Of a stretch of DNA of 55,714 nt, positions 1 through 12,050 are shown in pieces. The position numbers were made by a program, and so were the translations under genes. Numbering within the stretch: position 1 is the stretch's first letter; each line of letters begins with the position of its first letter. The stretch is from Octopus bimaculoides (taxonomy: Eukaryota): NCBI RefSeq assembly GCF_001194135.2, contig NC_068998.1:27418542-27474255 (forward strand), given 5' to 3'. The notes beneath the pieces were generated by a model that was not told the DNA's origin, made no database searches, and saw nothing but the letters and a program-made list of their open reading frames with translations.

Positions 1-223
1 AGACACCATTTCGAGCGTGGCCGTTTTCGTGCGGGTGACACGTAAAAGCACCCACTACACTCTCTGAGTGGTTGGCGTTAGGAAGGGCATCCAGCTGTAG
101 AAACTCTGCCAAATCAGACTGGAGCCTGGTGTTGCCATCCGGTTTCACCAGTCCTCAGTCAAATCGTCCAACCCATGCTAGCATGGAAAGCGGACGTTAA
201 ACGATGATGATGATGATGATGAT
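1..223 (+). mobile_element. 3' tail of RTE-clade LINE (young copy) ending in (GAT)7; truncated by window start
   Basis: Same family as the 3' end attached to the RTE body at 46765-47100 (ggcgttaggaagggcatccagctgtagaaa...ccaacccatgctagcatggaaa...(gat)n). Checked base by base as the exact reverse complement of 55482-55704. Confidence 0.85.
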
Positions 224-256
224 CTTGTTGCTGGATATTGCCTCCATTGCTGCAGT

Positions 257-390
257 CATCATCATCATTGTCATCTGTTTTCTAAGCTAGCATGGGTTAG
301 ACAGTTTGTCTGGAGCTGGTAAGCCTGAGATCTTCACCAGGCTTCAGTTGTTTGTTTTGGCTTGGTTTCTACAGCTGGATGTCCTTTCAA
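257..390 (-). mobile_element. older RTE 3' tail copy, tail-to-tail with the 1-223 copy
   Basis: (atc)n, then gctagcatgggttagacagtttg...tttctacagctggatgtccttc, a diverged reverse complement of the tail. Confidence 0.7.
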
Positions 391-821
391 AAGTATGGAT
401 CAAAATTCCTTATTGCTTTGTCATTACATTTTGCTTATATATTCTCCTTCAATAAAGAAAAGTGAATCTCTTGCCATACTATAATTTAAACATTTTAATA
501 AGAAGGATATCTCTTGACAATTTGTCCATATTTTTGCATAAATATTTTTTACTTGCATTTTTTAATTTCCTTATAACCATTCTCATATTTACAATGGCAC
601 TGACCTCCCACCATTATATATATATATATCTAATATATATATATATATATATATAAGCCACATTTAAGTGGCAAATATACTTCACTTTATTGTGCAGTTA
701 CTGTTAATACCTCTTCAGAGATTTAACATTGCTTGTTTTCACTTTTTCGATATCAGTGAATAATTTCACTGGAAAAAGTTATATATATTTGCCAAGGAAT
801 ATCTTTTGCATCGAAGGTCGG

Positions 822-878
822 CGATTGTCGTACGCTGAAGAAGGGAAATAACCCTGAAACTCGAGTACGTGCGTATCG
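822..878 (+). ncRNA. minimal type I hammerhead ribozyme (candidate intact)
   Basis: Stem I 829-834/868-873 (CGUACG/CGUGCG, one G-U) plus 822-825/875-878 across an internal loop. Core CUGAAGA 835-841; stem II AGGG-aaauaa-CCCU 842-855; GAAA 856-859; palindromic CUCGAG 860-865; GUA cleavage triplet with the cut after 867. Confidence 0.85.
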
Positions 879-1370
879 NNNNNNNNNNNNNNNNNNNNNN
901 NNNNNNNNNNNNNNNNNNNNNNNNNNNNNNNNNNNNNNNNNNNNNNNNNNNNNNNNNNNNNNNNNNNNNNNNNNNNNNNNNNNNNNNNNNNNNNNNNNNN
1001 NNNNNNNNNNNNNNNNNNNNNNNNNNNNNNNNNNNNNNNNNNNNNNNNNNNNNNNNNNNNNNNNNNNNNNNNNNNNNNNNNNNNNNNNNNNNNNNNNNNN
1101 NNNNNNNNNNNNNNNNNNNNNNNNNNNNNNNNNNNNNNNNNNNNNNNNNNNNNNNNNNNNNNNNNNNNNNNNNNNNNNNNNNNNNNNNNNNNNNNNNNNN
1201 NNNNNNNNNNNNNNNNNNNNNNNNNNNNNNNNNNNNNNNNNNNNNNNNNNNNNNNNNNNNNNNNNNNNNNNNNNNNNNNNNNNNNNNNNNNNNNNNNNNN
1301 NNNNNNNNNNNNNNNNNNNNNNNNNNNNNNNNNNNNNNNNNNNNNNNNNNNNNNNNNNNNNNNNNNNNNN
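879..1370. other. assembly gap (N run)
   Basis: Run of n; abuts the hammerhead on the left and (TA)n on the right. Confidence 1.
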
Positions 1371-1403
<33 letters not shown>

Positions 1404-1729
1404 TCAATATCTACAATAGAACTGACCACTTATTCTATGATGGTATTGACTCTCTGGTGTTTTTACGTACTTCATTCCATATTTATAAATAGCTGTTCAG
1501 TATATACTATGATATTCTCTACCCCAACCTCTCTCTTCTACATAACAATATATTGTTATTGTGGAATAATCTATGTAATTAATGAACAAATAACTGTCCT
1601 AATATCTGTTATATCACTGACCCATTATTCTGTGCTCATAAATATGTACATGTTGCTTACATTTACATACACACACATATAGGTGTGTGGTGTATGTTAT
1701 ATAGGTCAGGAATGGCACAATTAGTATTC

Positions 1730-2114
1730 CTTTACTTATTTCAGTCATGTTACTGTGTCCATGTAGGAGCACCACCTTTTAGTTGAACAAATCAACCTCA
1801 GGACTTATTATTTTTTAAAGCCTGGTATTCTATTGGTTTCTTTTGCCGAACCGCTATGTTATGGGGATGTGAACACACCAACACTGGTTGTCAAGCAGTG
1901 ATGGGGGGACAAATACAGACACAAAGACTCGCACACACACACACACACATGTATACGACAGGCTTCTTTCAGTTTCTATCTAGCAAATCCACTCACAAGG
2001 CTTTGGTTGGCTCGAGGCTATAGTAGAAGACACTTGCCCAAGGTGCTCTACAGTGGAACTGAACCTGGATCCATGTGGTTGGGAAGCAAGCTTCTTACAC
2101 CACACCCATGCCTG
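1730..2114 (-). mobile_element. tRNA-derived composite SINE, family A (internal microsatellite)
   Basis: Reverse complement of the head gtgtggtaagaagcttgcttcccaaccacatgg...ggttcagttccactg, then a (CA)n core and the tail ...tgactgaaataagtaaa. Recurs more than 15 times in the window. Confidence 0.85.
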
Positions 2115-2669
2115 AGCCAATGTTGAACAAAAATACTTTTTTGTATTTTTTAATTAATTCTTTTATCTCAGTTGGTGAACAGTAGCATCATTGATTAGAC
2201 AACCCAATTTTTCATAATTGGTAAAAGAATGTGTGTAACTTGGTGCAGAACAACTATCATGAGGAACCTCATGCAGTAATGACTATTTTTTCTAGATTTC
2301 CCCCCCCCCCCTCCAGTATTTACATCCTTTGTTGATATAACTAAAAAAAAAACCCATATAAACTGTTCCCATTTGTCAAACTGCACTTTACAATGTGTTA
2401 GTCAACCCAAGTTTTTGGTGAAATACATCCACCCAAGGGGACAGTGGAATGAAACCCATATCGATGAGTATAAAAAGAAAATTCTTTTACCACACAGTAA
2501 TGCCTCTGTTCCTGTGTTATAGGGGTTTGTGGGTCAAAGTATGATCCTAGAATTCAACACATTGGCAGAGCATTTTTCATCCTAGTTTTGGGTTCGGCAG
2601 CTCATTGAGGCAAATTGTTTGGAAGCCTGTTATGTGTTTGTGTGGAGATGTTTGTGTGAATGTATGTTA

Positions 2670-2932
2670 CGTAAAAAAGCACCCAGGTCACTCTGTAAAG
2701 TGGCAGGGCATCTAGCTGTAAACCTATGCCAAAACAGACCTCACTGGTACTGGTGCCACATAAAAAGCACTTAGTCCACTCTGTGAGGTAATTGGCATTT
2801 GGAAGGGTATCCAGTTCTAAAGCTCATGCCAAAACAGACAGTGAAGCCTGGTGCAGTCCTCTGGCTTGCCAGCTCTTGCAAACCATCCAATCCATACCAG
2901 CATTAAAAACAGACTTTAAATGATGATGATAT
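2670..2932 (+). mobile_element. RTE 3' tail copy
   Basis: aaaagcac...ggaagggtatccagtt...ccatccaatccataccagcat...tgatgatgat. Confidence 0.7.
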
Positions 2933-3771
2933 ATATTGTGTGTGTGGAATAGGTGTTGAGCTCAGTCATTAAATAGTAGGTTCAGTTCTCAGATTGAGCA
3001 ACCCATTATGTTGTTGAGGAAAGTACTTCAATTCATTCAGCTGAAAAATAAGTACCAGAAACAAGGGTAAAGAAGAATTTATCAAATTTTAGATTGTTAT
3101 TTGACCATAGAACAATTCCCCATCCCCTCGTCAAGTACTTTTTAATTCTTTTTTCCTCTTTTAATTATTAAATGTGATTATGAAAATATTCATATCAGAT
3201 TCTTTGTTCTCAAAGAAATGCAATAAACCATTTCATAGACCCCACTGTAACTCAAATCTCTAAAAGTGCAGGTGACAAGATTAGAACCAACACTTCTACC
3301 CTCAAAAGCACAGTTGGGTTGGGCAATAGAGGCATATGTTATTCACAATTTGATCTAAAAGTGCCAGAATGGCTCATAATAGACTGTGCTCAGTTGTGAA
3401 CAAAACAGCAAAAAATAGTCATCAGCAATACAATTTTTAAATATATTTTTAGAATGATTTTATATGCACCTGGACATCTTCCTGGTTGGTATTTCACTGT
3501 CTTAATTTGAGCCTTGTGTTTGCACTGTATTAAGCAACCTAAATATTCTTTTTTCCCCCAAAGTGACAGTAATATAGTTTTAATGAAGTTTCAATATTTC
3601 AACCACAAAATTATTTCATAAAATCACAAACTGTTTTATGAAAGTATACTAGCTTTGTAAACTAAGTATAAGATTTCTTGTCTGAAGATCTTTTTTAGTA
3701 ATTTAGCTGAAATTTTTGTATTTTTTATCTGTGCTTGCTAACTTGTGGAAAATTAGGACTATTAGACACTA

Positions 3772-4120
3772 TGGCTGTGTGGTAAGAAACTTGCTTCCCA
3801 ACCACATGGTTCTGGGTTCAGTCCCACTGCATCGTACCTCAGGCTGACCAAAGCCTTGTGAGTGAGTTTGATAGATGGAAACTGAAAGAAGCCCACCATG
3901 TGTGTGTGTATATCTGTTTGCCTCCCACCACCACTAGCTTGACAACTGGTGCTGGTGTGCTTACGTCCACGTAACTTAGTAGTTCAGCAAAAGAGAGCGA
4001 TAGAATAAGTAGCAGTCTTTAAAATAAGGTAAGTCCTGGGGTCGATTCATTCAACTAAAAAGTTCTCCAAGGTTCTCCCCAGCATTGCTGTAGTCTAATG
4101 ACTGAAACAAGTAAAAAGAA
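3772..4120 (+). mobile_element. SINE family A
   Basis: Head tgtggtaagaaacttgcttcccaaccacatggttctgggttcagtccc through tail gtctaatgactgaaacaagtaaaa. Confidence 0.85.
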
Positions 4121-5141
4121 AAATTATTTTTATCCCAGACCCCACTCAGACCACTACATTCCCACATCAGCTCCTAATGGTGTTGTTATGGTAGTTGATC
4201 TGTGAGTTACATATAAACTATGGATAATTGATTTTTATTTGCTTTCTTTATGATTAAATCCTTCATTGTTATGATTCTATTTCTGTCACAGTCCCACAGC
4301 AATTTGCCCTATGAAGTTAAGATATTATTTCCTATTATATTTTCAATTAATTTACTGGCTGATAGAATTATTTCACTTTCTGATGATAAACATTCATCAA
4401 TATAAATAACAGCTAATTACTTCAACCTGTTCCTGTAAATTATCTCAATGTTAATTAGAATTTATGAACGTAAACAGAAGTTTGTAATATCTAATTTGGT
4501 TGTTGCTGAACTCAACGTCATTTTAGGGAAAATGATCTGTAACTATCTTGCATAGTCTAATTTAGAGATATATTCTGTACTAGACTAAAATTGCTTGACT
4601 TTGAGTTAGTCATTCACTTTTCAGAAACTAGCCATATCCAGAAAGATTGTATTGTTAGCTTCTGAATGCTAGCAGACAGCTATAAACCGGGTAAAATATT
4701 TTATCAAAAGTTAAACCCTCTTCTAAATTTAGTTTTCTTCGTACAAGCAAGGAATTTTCTAAATGCTTACAATATGTTGCTAAGTGGTCTAAGTCGACTC
4801 TCATTAGACATACCTACAACATGACTGTGATTGAACTGGGTGAAATCCACATATCTGATGTTCCAAATTTCTCATTTCTCATATCACCTGGTGACCAAAA
4901 CTGTGCATGGGCAAAGTTGTATGCTTAAGGAGCTCACTTCATTGCCATGTGTTTTGGGGGTTGAGCCTACTACATATTGGCAAAGCATCTTCTAGCCACA
5001 GCCTGAGGCTCACCAATACATTGGGGAATCAAATTTGGTAGAGGGCAACTGATTTGAAGTTTAACATTCTTTGTATGTGTTTAGATACATACATGTATGT
5101 GTTTGCATAAATATCTGAAAAATGTAAAGGCCTCTATGGCC

Positions 5142-5230
5142 AATTTACTGCAGTTACTGTGGAGAAAATATTCTCTCTCATAGTTAAAAAGAGGTAAAAA
5201 AAATTTTCTCCACAGTAACTGCAGTCAATT
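5142..5230. repeat. inverted repeat / hairpin, 28-bp arms
   Basis: aatttactgcagttactgtggagaaaat versus attttctccacagtaactgcagtcaatt: one mismatch, spacer of about 33 nt. Confidence 0.85.
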
Positions 5231-7329
5231 TGTCTTTACAAGTTGAAATATGTCAAACATATTTTAGCAAATGTCTAAACACTGCTTGGTGCTAATACTG
5301 CTGAAAACACACATGTACACACACACACACACATGTATGTGTGTGTGCAAATTATATAAATATATAAGTACATGTAACAGATATATAAACCTGTTTGTAT
5401 GTATTGAACTTGGAAGCTGCTTTGGGTATATGATAAGGTTTGCTTCACCATCATGTGGTTCCCAATGCATGTCACTTGGCCAGTGGAATTAGAATATCTT
5501 ACTTGAAAAATAGATAAAAGTTGGTTACAAAAAGAGCATCTGGCTGTAGAAATCTTCCTTGGGTTAAAAAGACATAAAAATGATTATAGACTGTGTGTGT
5601 GTGTTAGATGTATGTGTGTAATGTGCATGTATTTGTTTATGCATGTATGTGTGTATGCATACAGTTATATATATGATATAATACTGCGTATGGTATGGGT
5701 TTCAGCCATTGGACAGTGGCCATACTGACCACCTTGTTGAAGAGTTCAGTCAATCTTATGCACCCCGGTAGATAATTCCAACTGATACTTTTATATTTGT
5801 TAAATTCCTGATTCTACTACAGCCCAATTGTACTAACATTGCAAAGGAGACATGCATATTTCTTGAAAGGAAAAAAAAAAAAAAAAAAAAAAAGGAATAT
5901 AGGAAAGGGTTTAGAGATTGCTGGTACAATGTTAACTTGTGTAATTGAATCTAATGTAATTATAACAAACTGTTAGTAAATTAATGATGAAGGTGTAGGT
6001 TCTCAATTCTACTTAACTGGAAGATGAAGGAGGAGTGTGTGCTTCTATATAAAAATGCTCTAGTTATTCCAACACTTTGACTGCATTAATATGTGCACAG
6101 GGACCTAGGTGGGTGTAGCTATTTTAAGATTGGTAGTCTGATAACTAAGGTGTAGTGCTGTAAAGGAGAAAAAAAATGTGTAATGATGGAGTGCAACAGT
6201 CTTTCAGGGTAAGATCTTACATCTATTAATTTCTCAACTATATAATAGATAAGTCTGATTTATACATGACTACTAAATTACATGAATGTCTAGTCATAAA
6301 GTTATGTTTTTTTCTTTTTTAATCTTGTAAGGTGTGTTGCTAGCTTTTAGAGATCAGATATAACTTGATAAAGAGTTATATGTTGTAGGTTGGCGGGGTT
6401 GCAGAATGGATGTACAAACTTAATGTTTTAGCTTTTGGGCCTATATAGGTCATGTTGGTAGAGTTGTGCAGTATTCTAGTTCTTTATGCTGTATATTTTC
6501 CAATAAATATTCATAATTAATTTCCACTTGTCAAACATAAAACTTTCAAAACTGTATTTCCTTGTAGGTAACACATAAACCCAATATTAAATAGTAGAAG
6601 GTATATAACCCTTCATTAACCCTTAAACAGCAGGAACTGTTCGCATGTGCCTGCCAAATGGGCAAAAGAAATTTTTTTTCTCAAGGGTAATTTTTATACT
6701 TATTTTAATAAGTACCAAAAACTATGAAAATGGCATTTCAACCTGCTTTGATTTTTAAAATAAAGACAAAAAGGCATTAAAATCATTTGAGATGATGTCT
6801 GCTGTTCTCTAATGAAGCTTCACTTGATGATGTCTTCTACTTCAGGCCTAAGCTCACACTTCTCTGAGCCCATTCACCTAACTTACATTCCTGTATTATT
6901 ATGTTAGCCTTTAGGTGCATCATGTGCTGTACAAGTTTTCTCTCCTGTAGCTGCAGGCGCATTGAGAAGGGAGAAAACTCATATGGTGACATTATGCATC
7001 TACAGAATGCTAAACAAACAGCAACTCTTATCGTAAAAATAGTTATAGAGGAACATAGAAAATAGACCCCCTATGTACATCTTGACAACAAAACAACTTC
7101 CTCTCTATATAGCTGTACTTGTGAGCCAATGCTGGAGACAGTGGCTGCCATTGGGTAATGTAGTTTTTGATAAGTCTACTTCATCAGAGTTGATCTGGGT
7201 CTAACAACAACCTATTGTACCTAATAACACTGTCACTATTTCCTCTTATACAGCTTTGTAGTCCTACACAACTGTGTACCTGGTAATGCTCTCATTATCA
7301 TTTAGACATCCTTTTAAATTTTACTCCCA

Positions 7330-7620
7330 CCTGCACAACTATTATGTCTAATAATACTTTCCCCCACTACCTAGACAATTGTACTTATTAATATTGTCCC
7401 TCTACTGTACAGCTGAACCTAGCAATATTGTCTCTTCTCTCTAGCTATATCTAGTATTATTACCCCCACTCCATGATACATCTGTATCTAGTAGTATTGT
7501 TCCCTCTACCTATACAGTTGTACCTAGTAATATTGGCTCCATCTATGTATACAGCTATATTTAGTACTATTGTCATTTCTGTCTATATATCTTAGATACC
7601 AACTATACTGTGTATTTCAC
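7330..7620. repeat. degenerate minisatellite, unit about 35-40 bp
   Basis: Recurring tagtaatattgt-ccctctac-tatacagctgtacc-like units. Confidence 0.6.
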
Positions 7621-7653
7621 TATCTTACCAAGTTCTTTTATCTCTGCCTATAG

Positions 7654-7706
7654 CTATACAAAAAGCAGTCAGTAAATATAAAGACTCTGCTATTGTTTTG
7701 ACCAAA
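7654..7706 (+). other. candidate orphan exon (phase 1 to phase 0), reading (A)IQKAVSKYKDSAIVLTK
   Basis: Acceptor ttcttttatctctgcctatag and donor aaa|gtaagt; only one frame is open. No protein family recognised. Confidence 0.3.
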
Positions 7707-9884
7707 GTAAGTTCTACGCAAATACACCTTTTGCTCATATTGGGAACATTCTGTCACATATTTTTTTTGTCAGGTAAATTTCATCCAGGACCATATTATC
7801 CAAAGTGTCTGTCTTCCTTTTATGACAACATGGTGTGATTAGAGTGAGATTTGACTGCTATTTCTATCAAGTAGAGCAGTCCCGTACAGTTTTGGTAGTT
7901 GGATTGTATAGGCTATCTGCAATACTTTACCAGCTGGGTTGCTTAGGTGAAGGTGTACGATGTTGATAGATATCAGGAAACATCAATGATGATATGGAGA
8001 AAATATAAATCTTGTTTAATGTTATGCACTTTTAACAACTCACATATACATAATACAAAATGTGGTAGAATAGATTTGTGTAATATTTGGATGCATTTAA
8101 ACTAGAGGGTTTTTAAAACTGATTTATATCAATATTCAGATAATAGCAAGATTGTAATACCAATGTAAATCATAAATTGGGGTTTATATCTACTTAGATT
8201 TCACAGATATTTTAAGCGCCAGTTCAGGATGGAAAGACAGAGTTCAGTTAGCCAGAATGGAATATGAAGATATCAATATAAGACAAACAAGTAGAGATGG
8301 ATTGGCAGAGCATCAGAAAATACTTAATAGTATTCAGTTAGTGTCCAATACACTCTTGAGTTCAAATCCTGCAGAGGAAAATTTGCCATTCATCCTTCAG
8401 CGGTTTGGTAAAATAAAGTATGATAACAAAATTCTAATCAATTGCAATATATCCTTCCACAAAAAATTTGTGACCTTGTACCAAAATCAATATTCTAGAA
8501 ACTGGTTCAAGCAGTAAGTTGTTTAGTTCCAGATCATTCTTTATAGGTCTATGATTAAAAGTGGCTCTCAGAAAACATTCTAATAGATGATATTTCCTTT
8601 AGAACTGCCTGCACCAAAAAAAAAAAAAAAAAAGAAATCCTCTCTGTCTAGAAATGAGAAGACAAAATAGCGTTTGCAGACATTTAATTGCTATAGTATT
8701 GGACCACAGCAATTAAATGTATGCAAATATTATGGTAATTAATTCTATAGAATATGGCAATTTGTCTGCCCCCTTTTCAGCACTCACGTATGTGAAACAT
8801 CACACTGACCAAAGCATTCTTCTTTATTTATGTCAATAGAATGTAATTTGAAGGCGATTTGGTTACTATTTCTAGCAGGTCTATTGAATGTGCGGAAGCT
8901 TCCTCATAATCTATCAGGATTGACAGAAATGGTATAGCATCAGATGAAATTTCTTATTTAGCTTTAGTAATGTTATTCTAAGTTCAAACCTTATTAGTAC
9001 TCCCTTTATCTGACCTTGATAAAATCCAGGCAAATACCAGGATGTTAAAACAAAAAACAAAACAAAAAAAACAAAAAAAAAAAGAAAGAAAAAAAAGGAA
9101 GAAAGAGCTAGGAGTCAAACTATGGTGCTGAGGATATTAATGTAGTTGATTTTGAAAAGGATTTTGCTCAAATTCCAAACCTAGCAGAAAATGAGACAGC
9201 AGAGGAGCATCCATAAAGATAGGACTTCAATGTGGTTCAGTTAAGGACTGGAAGTCTTCTCTGCGGACATTTGGCTATCCAGCTCTCCCTAGAATTTCTT
9301 ACTATAAAAGCTAGGCAGTTGCCATCTTTTAACACAGTTACAGTCATTATTTAAAAAATTCATACTAATTGGCATTATATTTTAGAAAAATAAATTTTCT
9401 ATTTGATGCAAAAATAACTTTGGTGGTAAGTGATGTAGAATATAATAATGACTAACAGAACTTGGAGACAGAATACTTCTATATTTGCTCAAACTAGAGT
9501 AGACAGCCTGTTATAACATTTGATTGGTAGTGAGATTAGATTTAACATGGCCCCACCTCTTTTCTCTATTTCCTTCTTAATTAAGTTTCACTTCACATCA
9601 ACTAGTGTTTATAGAACTATTTAGCTTGGCATAAAACTTCTCGCAATGGAAATGTTAAGTTCTTCTCCATACCTGTATAAGAATACTAATATTATGTAAG
9701 CCTGTTCAATAAAGTTAACTTACAACTAAGCTCTATAACTGATGTAATAAAAGCAACAGAAAATAAATCAGTTCACTCAAGAATTTAAGAGACAATTTTT
9801 ATTTATTACACTACTTGACCAAACATGAATTACCCATCCATCTTTGCATCATGAAATATCTTCTAAGGGAGCTTTTGATTAATA

Positions 9885-10064
9885 TCTTTTACTTGTCTCA
9901 GTCTTCTGACTGTGGCTATGCTGAGGCACTACCTTGAAGGGTTTTAGTAGAACAAATTGACCCCAAGGCTTATTTCTTGGTACTCATTCTATCTGTCTCA
10001 TCTGCCAAACTGCTAAGTTACGGGGATGTAAACACACCAACGCTGGTTGTCAAGTAGTTGTGAG

Positions 10065-10119
<55 letters not shown>

Positions 10120-10272
10120 CTTCTTTCAGCTTCTGTCTGCCAAATCCACTCAGAAGGGTTTGGTCAGCCTGAGGCTATAGCAGAAGACAGTTGCCCAAGG
10201 TGCTATGCAGTGGGACAGAACCCAGAACTATGTGGTTGGAAAGGAAGCATTTTACCATACAGCCACGCCTGC
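9885..10272 (-). mobile_element. SINE family A with (CA)n core
   Basis: Full reverse-complement copy with its head at about 10270. Confidence 0.85.
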
Positions 10273-10307
10273 ATTAGTGTTTTTTTTTCCATATGCAACT
10301 GGACACA

Positions 10308-10675
10308 TCGGCTATGTGGTAACAAGTTTGCTTCCCAACCACATGGTTCCTGGTTTAATCCCATTGTGTGGCACCTTGGGCAAGTGTCTTCTACTATAGC
10401 CTCAGGCCAACAAAGCCTTGTGAGTAGATTTGGTAGACAAAAACTGAAAGTTCATTGTATATATTTGTGTGTTTGTGTCAGTGTTTGTTCCTCCTACCAC
10501 CATCACTTGGTGGTATGTTTATATCCCCATAACTTAGTGGTTTGACAAAGAGACCAATAGAATAAGTATGAGGCTTAAAGAAAGAGAAAAAAATAAGTAG
10601 TGGGGTTGATTCACTCAACTAAAAGGTAGTGCCCCAGCATAGCCACCGTCTATGGACTGAAACAAGTAAAAGATA
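10308..10675 (+). mobile_element. SINE family A, head-to-head with the previous copy
   Basis: tatgtggtaacaagtttgcttcccaaccacatgg...ggactgaaacaagtaaaaga. Confidence 0.85.
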
Positions 10676-10844
10676 TGTACAGTACATAAATATTGGGTTT
10701 AAATATTATCTCTGCAGACAATTAAAAGGGTCTATAATAGGGAGGGGCATCCAGCTGTAAAATACTGCCTGAAAGTCTTATGCAACCCATCCCAGCATGG
10801 ACGAACAGACATAAAAACTCTGAGGATAATGAAATCTCTTAGTT

Positions 10845-10960
10845 GTCTGAACCCCCATCCCACTGCGTGGCACCTTGGGCAAGTGTCTTCTACTATAGCC
10901 TGGGGCCGACCAAAGCTTTGTGAGTGGATTTGGTAGACGGAAACTGAAAGAAGCTTGTCA
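10845..10960 (+). mobile_element. SINE family A, 5' part
   Basis: cccactgcgtggcaccttgggcaagtgtcttctactatagcc...gaaactgaaagaag. Confidence 0.75.
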
Positions 10961-11024
10961 TATATATACATGTATATTTTTTCAATGTGTACAAATAACA
11001 TGGAAAAAATATTTATAAATAGTT

Positions 11025-11780
11025 ACCAGGGTAGTAAAAATTCACATAAGTGCCAAGGATATTACAGCCTACTTATAAAGGTAGAAATTCCAGGGTTAAG
11101 TGAAATGTCTTTGTATAACATGGATGAATTAAGAAATGGAGTCAAACACAGGTGTTATTCAAATCTTTATACTTCCGACACATGTTTTGAAGAAAACATT
11201 GATATTATTCCGGAGGGAATAAAATGATGTAAAACAATGCGATCTTCGCATCAGGGTAAAAAAAGAGAAACAAAACACATCAGTAAGCCATTTTTACTGA
11301 ATGTGATTACTGTGTATATGATGAAGGTAAGTTATTTAAAAAAAAAAACGTTAATAGATTTAACGTCAAAGGTAATTTAGAGGAGGAGGAGAAAGAAAGA
11401 AATTAACAGAAAATTAATAGTGGAGAAATATAGTGTGATAGATGAATGGGAATAAAGTTTAAAAGTATGGAAATAGATATATGTAGAGGAAATGAAATGT
11501 AAGAAGACAGTTAATGGTTGAATTTTATAGATTGGTAGAAATTACTTGTAAGAACTAAAGGTATGTTTTTGCCAATGTTTACAACGATAAACGCATTCTT
11601 TAAACTTGTTTACAAGAGAATTCTTCGAGAACAGGATGAGGAATTGTTCTTCGTTACAGAGTGGACAAAAAGATTTATCATATGAGAAGGATCGAGATAG
11701 AATATTCCATTCCAAATCAAATTGTTTATCATATTCCTTTAGAGACCAAATTAATTTACTAACCCCAGTATTGTTGCATT
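11025..11780 (-). mobile_element. Penelope-like retroelement 3' fragment: C-terminus of the GIY-YIG endonuclease plus probable 3' UTR/pLTR
   Basis: ORF 11542-11793(-): NTGVSKLIWSLKEYDKQFDLEWNILSRSFSYDKSFCPLCNEEQFLILFSKNSLVNKFKECVYRCKH. This matches the PLE pattern T-x-LSK-x-IW-x-LK...W-x-I...C-x-LC-x-x-E...LNK...CRH. The 3' UTR extent (11025-11540) is inferred. Confidence 0.75.
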
Positions 11781-11787
11781 TATATAT

Positions 11788-11822
<35 letters not shown>

Positions 11823-11829
11823 GTGTATA

Positions 11830-12050
11830 TGTGTGTGTGTCTTTGTGTCTGTTTGTCCCCCATCACCACTAGACAACCAGTTTTAGTGTATTTAAGTCCC
11901 TGTAACTTAATGGTTCAGCAAAAGAGACCAATAGAGTAAGTACTAAGCTTTAAAAATGTAAACCCTGGGGTTGATTTGTTTGACTAAAACCCTTCAAGGT
12001 AGTGTTCCTGCATGGCCACAGTCAAATGACTGAAACAAGAATAAAAGAAT
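11830..12050 (+). mobile_element. SINE family A, 3' half
   Basis: tgtttgtcccc...gacaaccag...aacttaatggttcagcaaaagagacc...gtcaaatgactgaaacaag. Confidence 0.8.

Noticed and set aside
766-1492. ORFs of about 210 aa
   Set aside because: They consist almost entirely of X residues from the N gap.
4786-4880. Minus-strand exon candidate ending gtag|gtatgt (WNIRYVDFTQFNHSHVV)
   Set aside because: The good acceptor gives stops in all three frames, and the open frame needs an acceptor with no pyrimidine tract.
8198-8517. ORF 8257-8517 and an exon-like acceptor at 8198/8207
   Set aside because: The 3' part runs through a degraded SINE B, there is no good donor, and two frames are equally plausible with no recognisable family.
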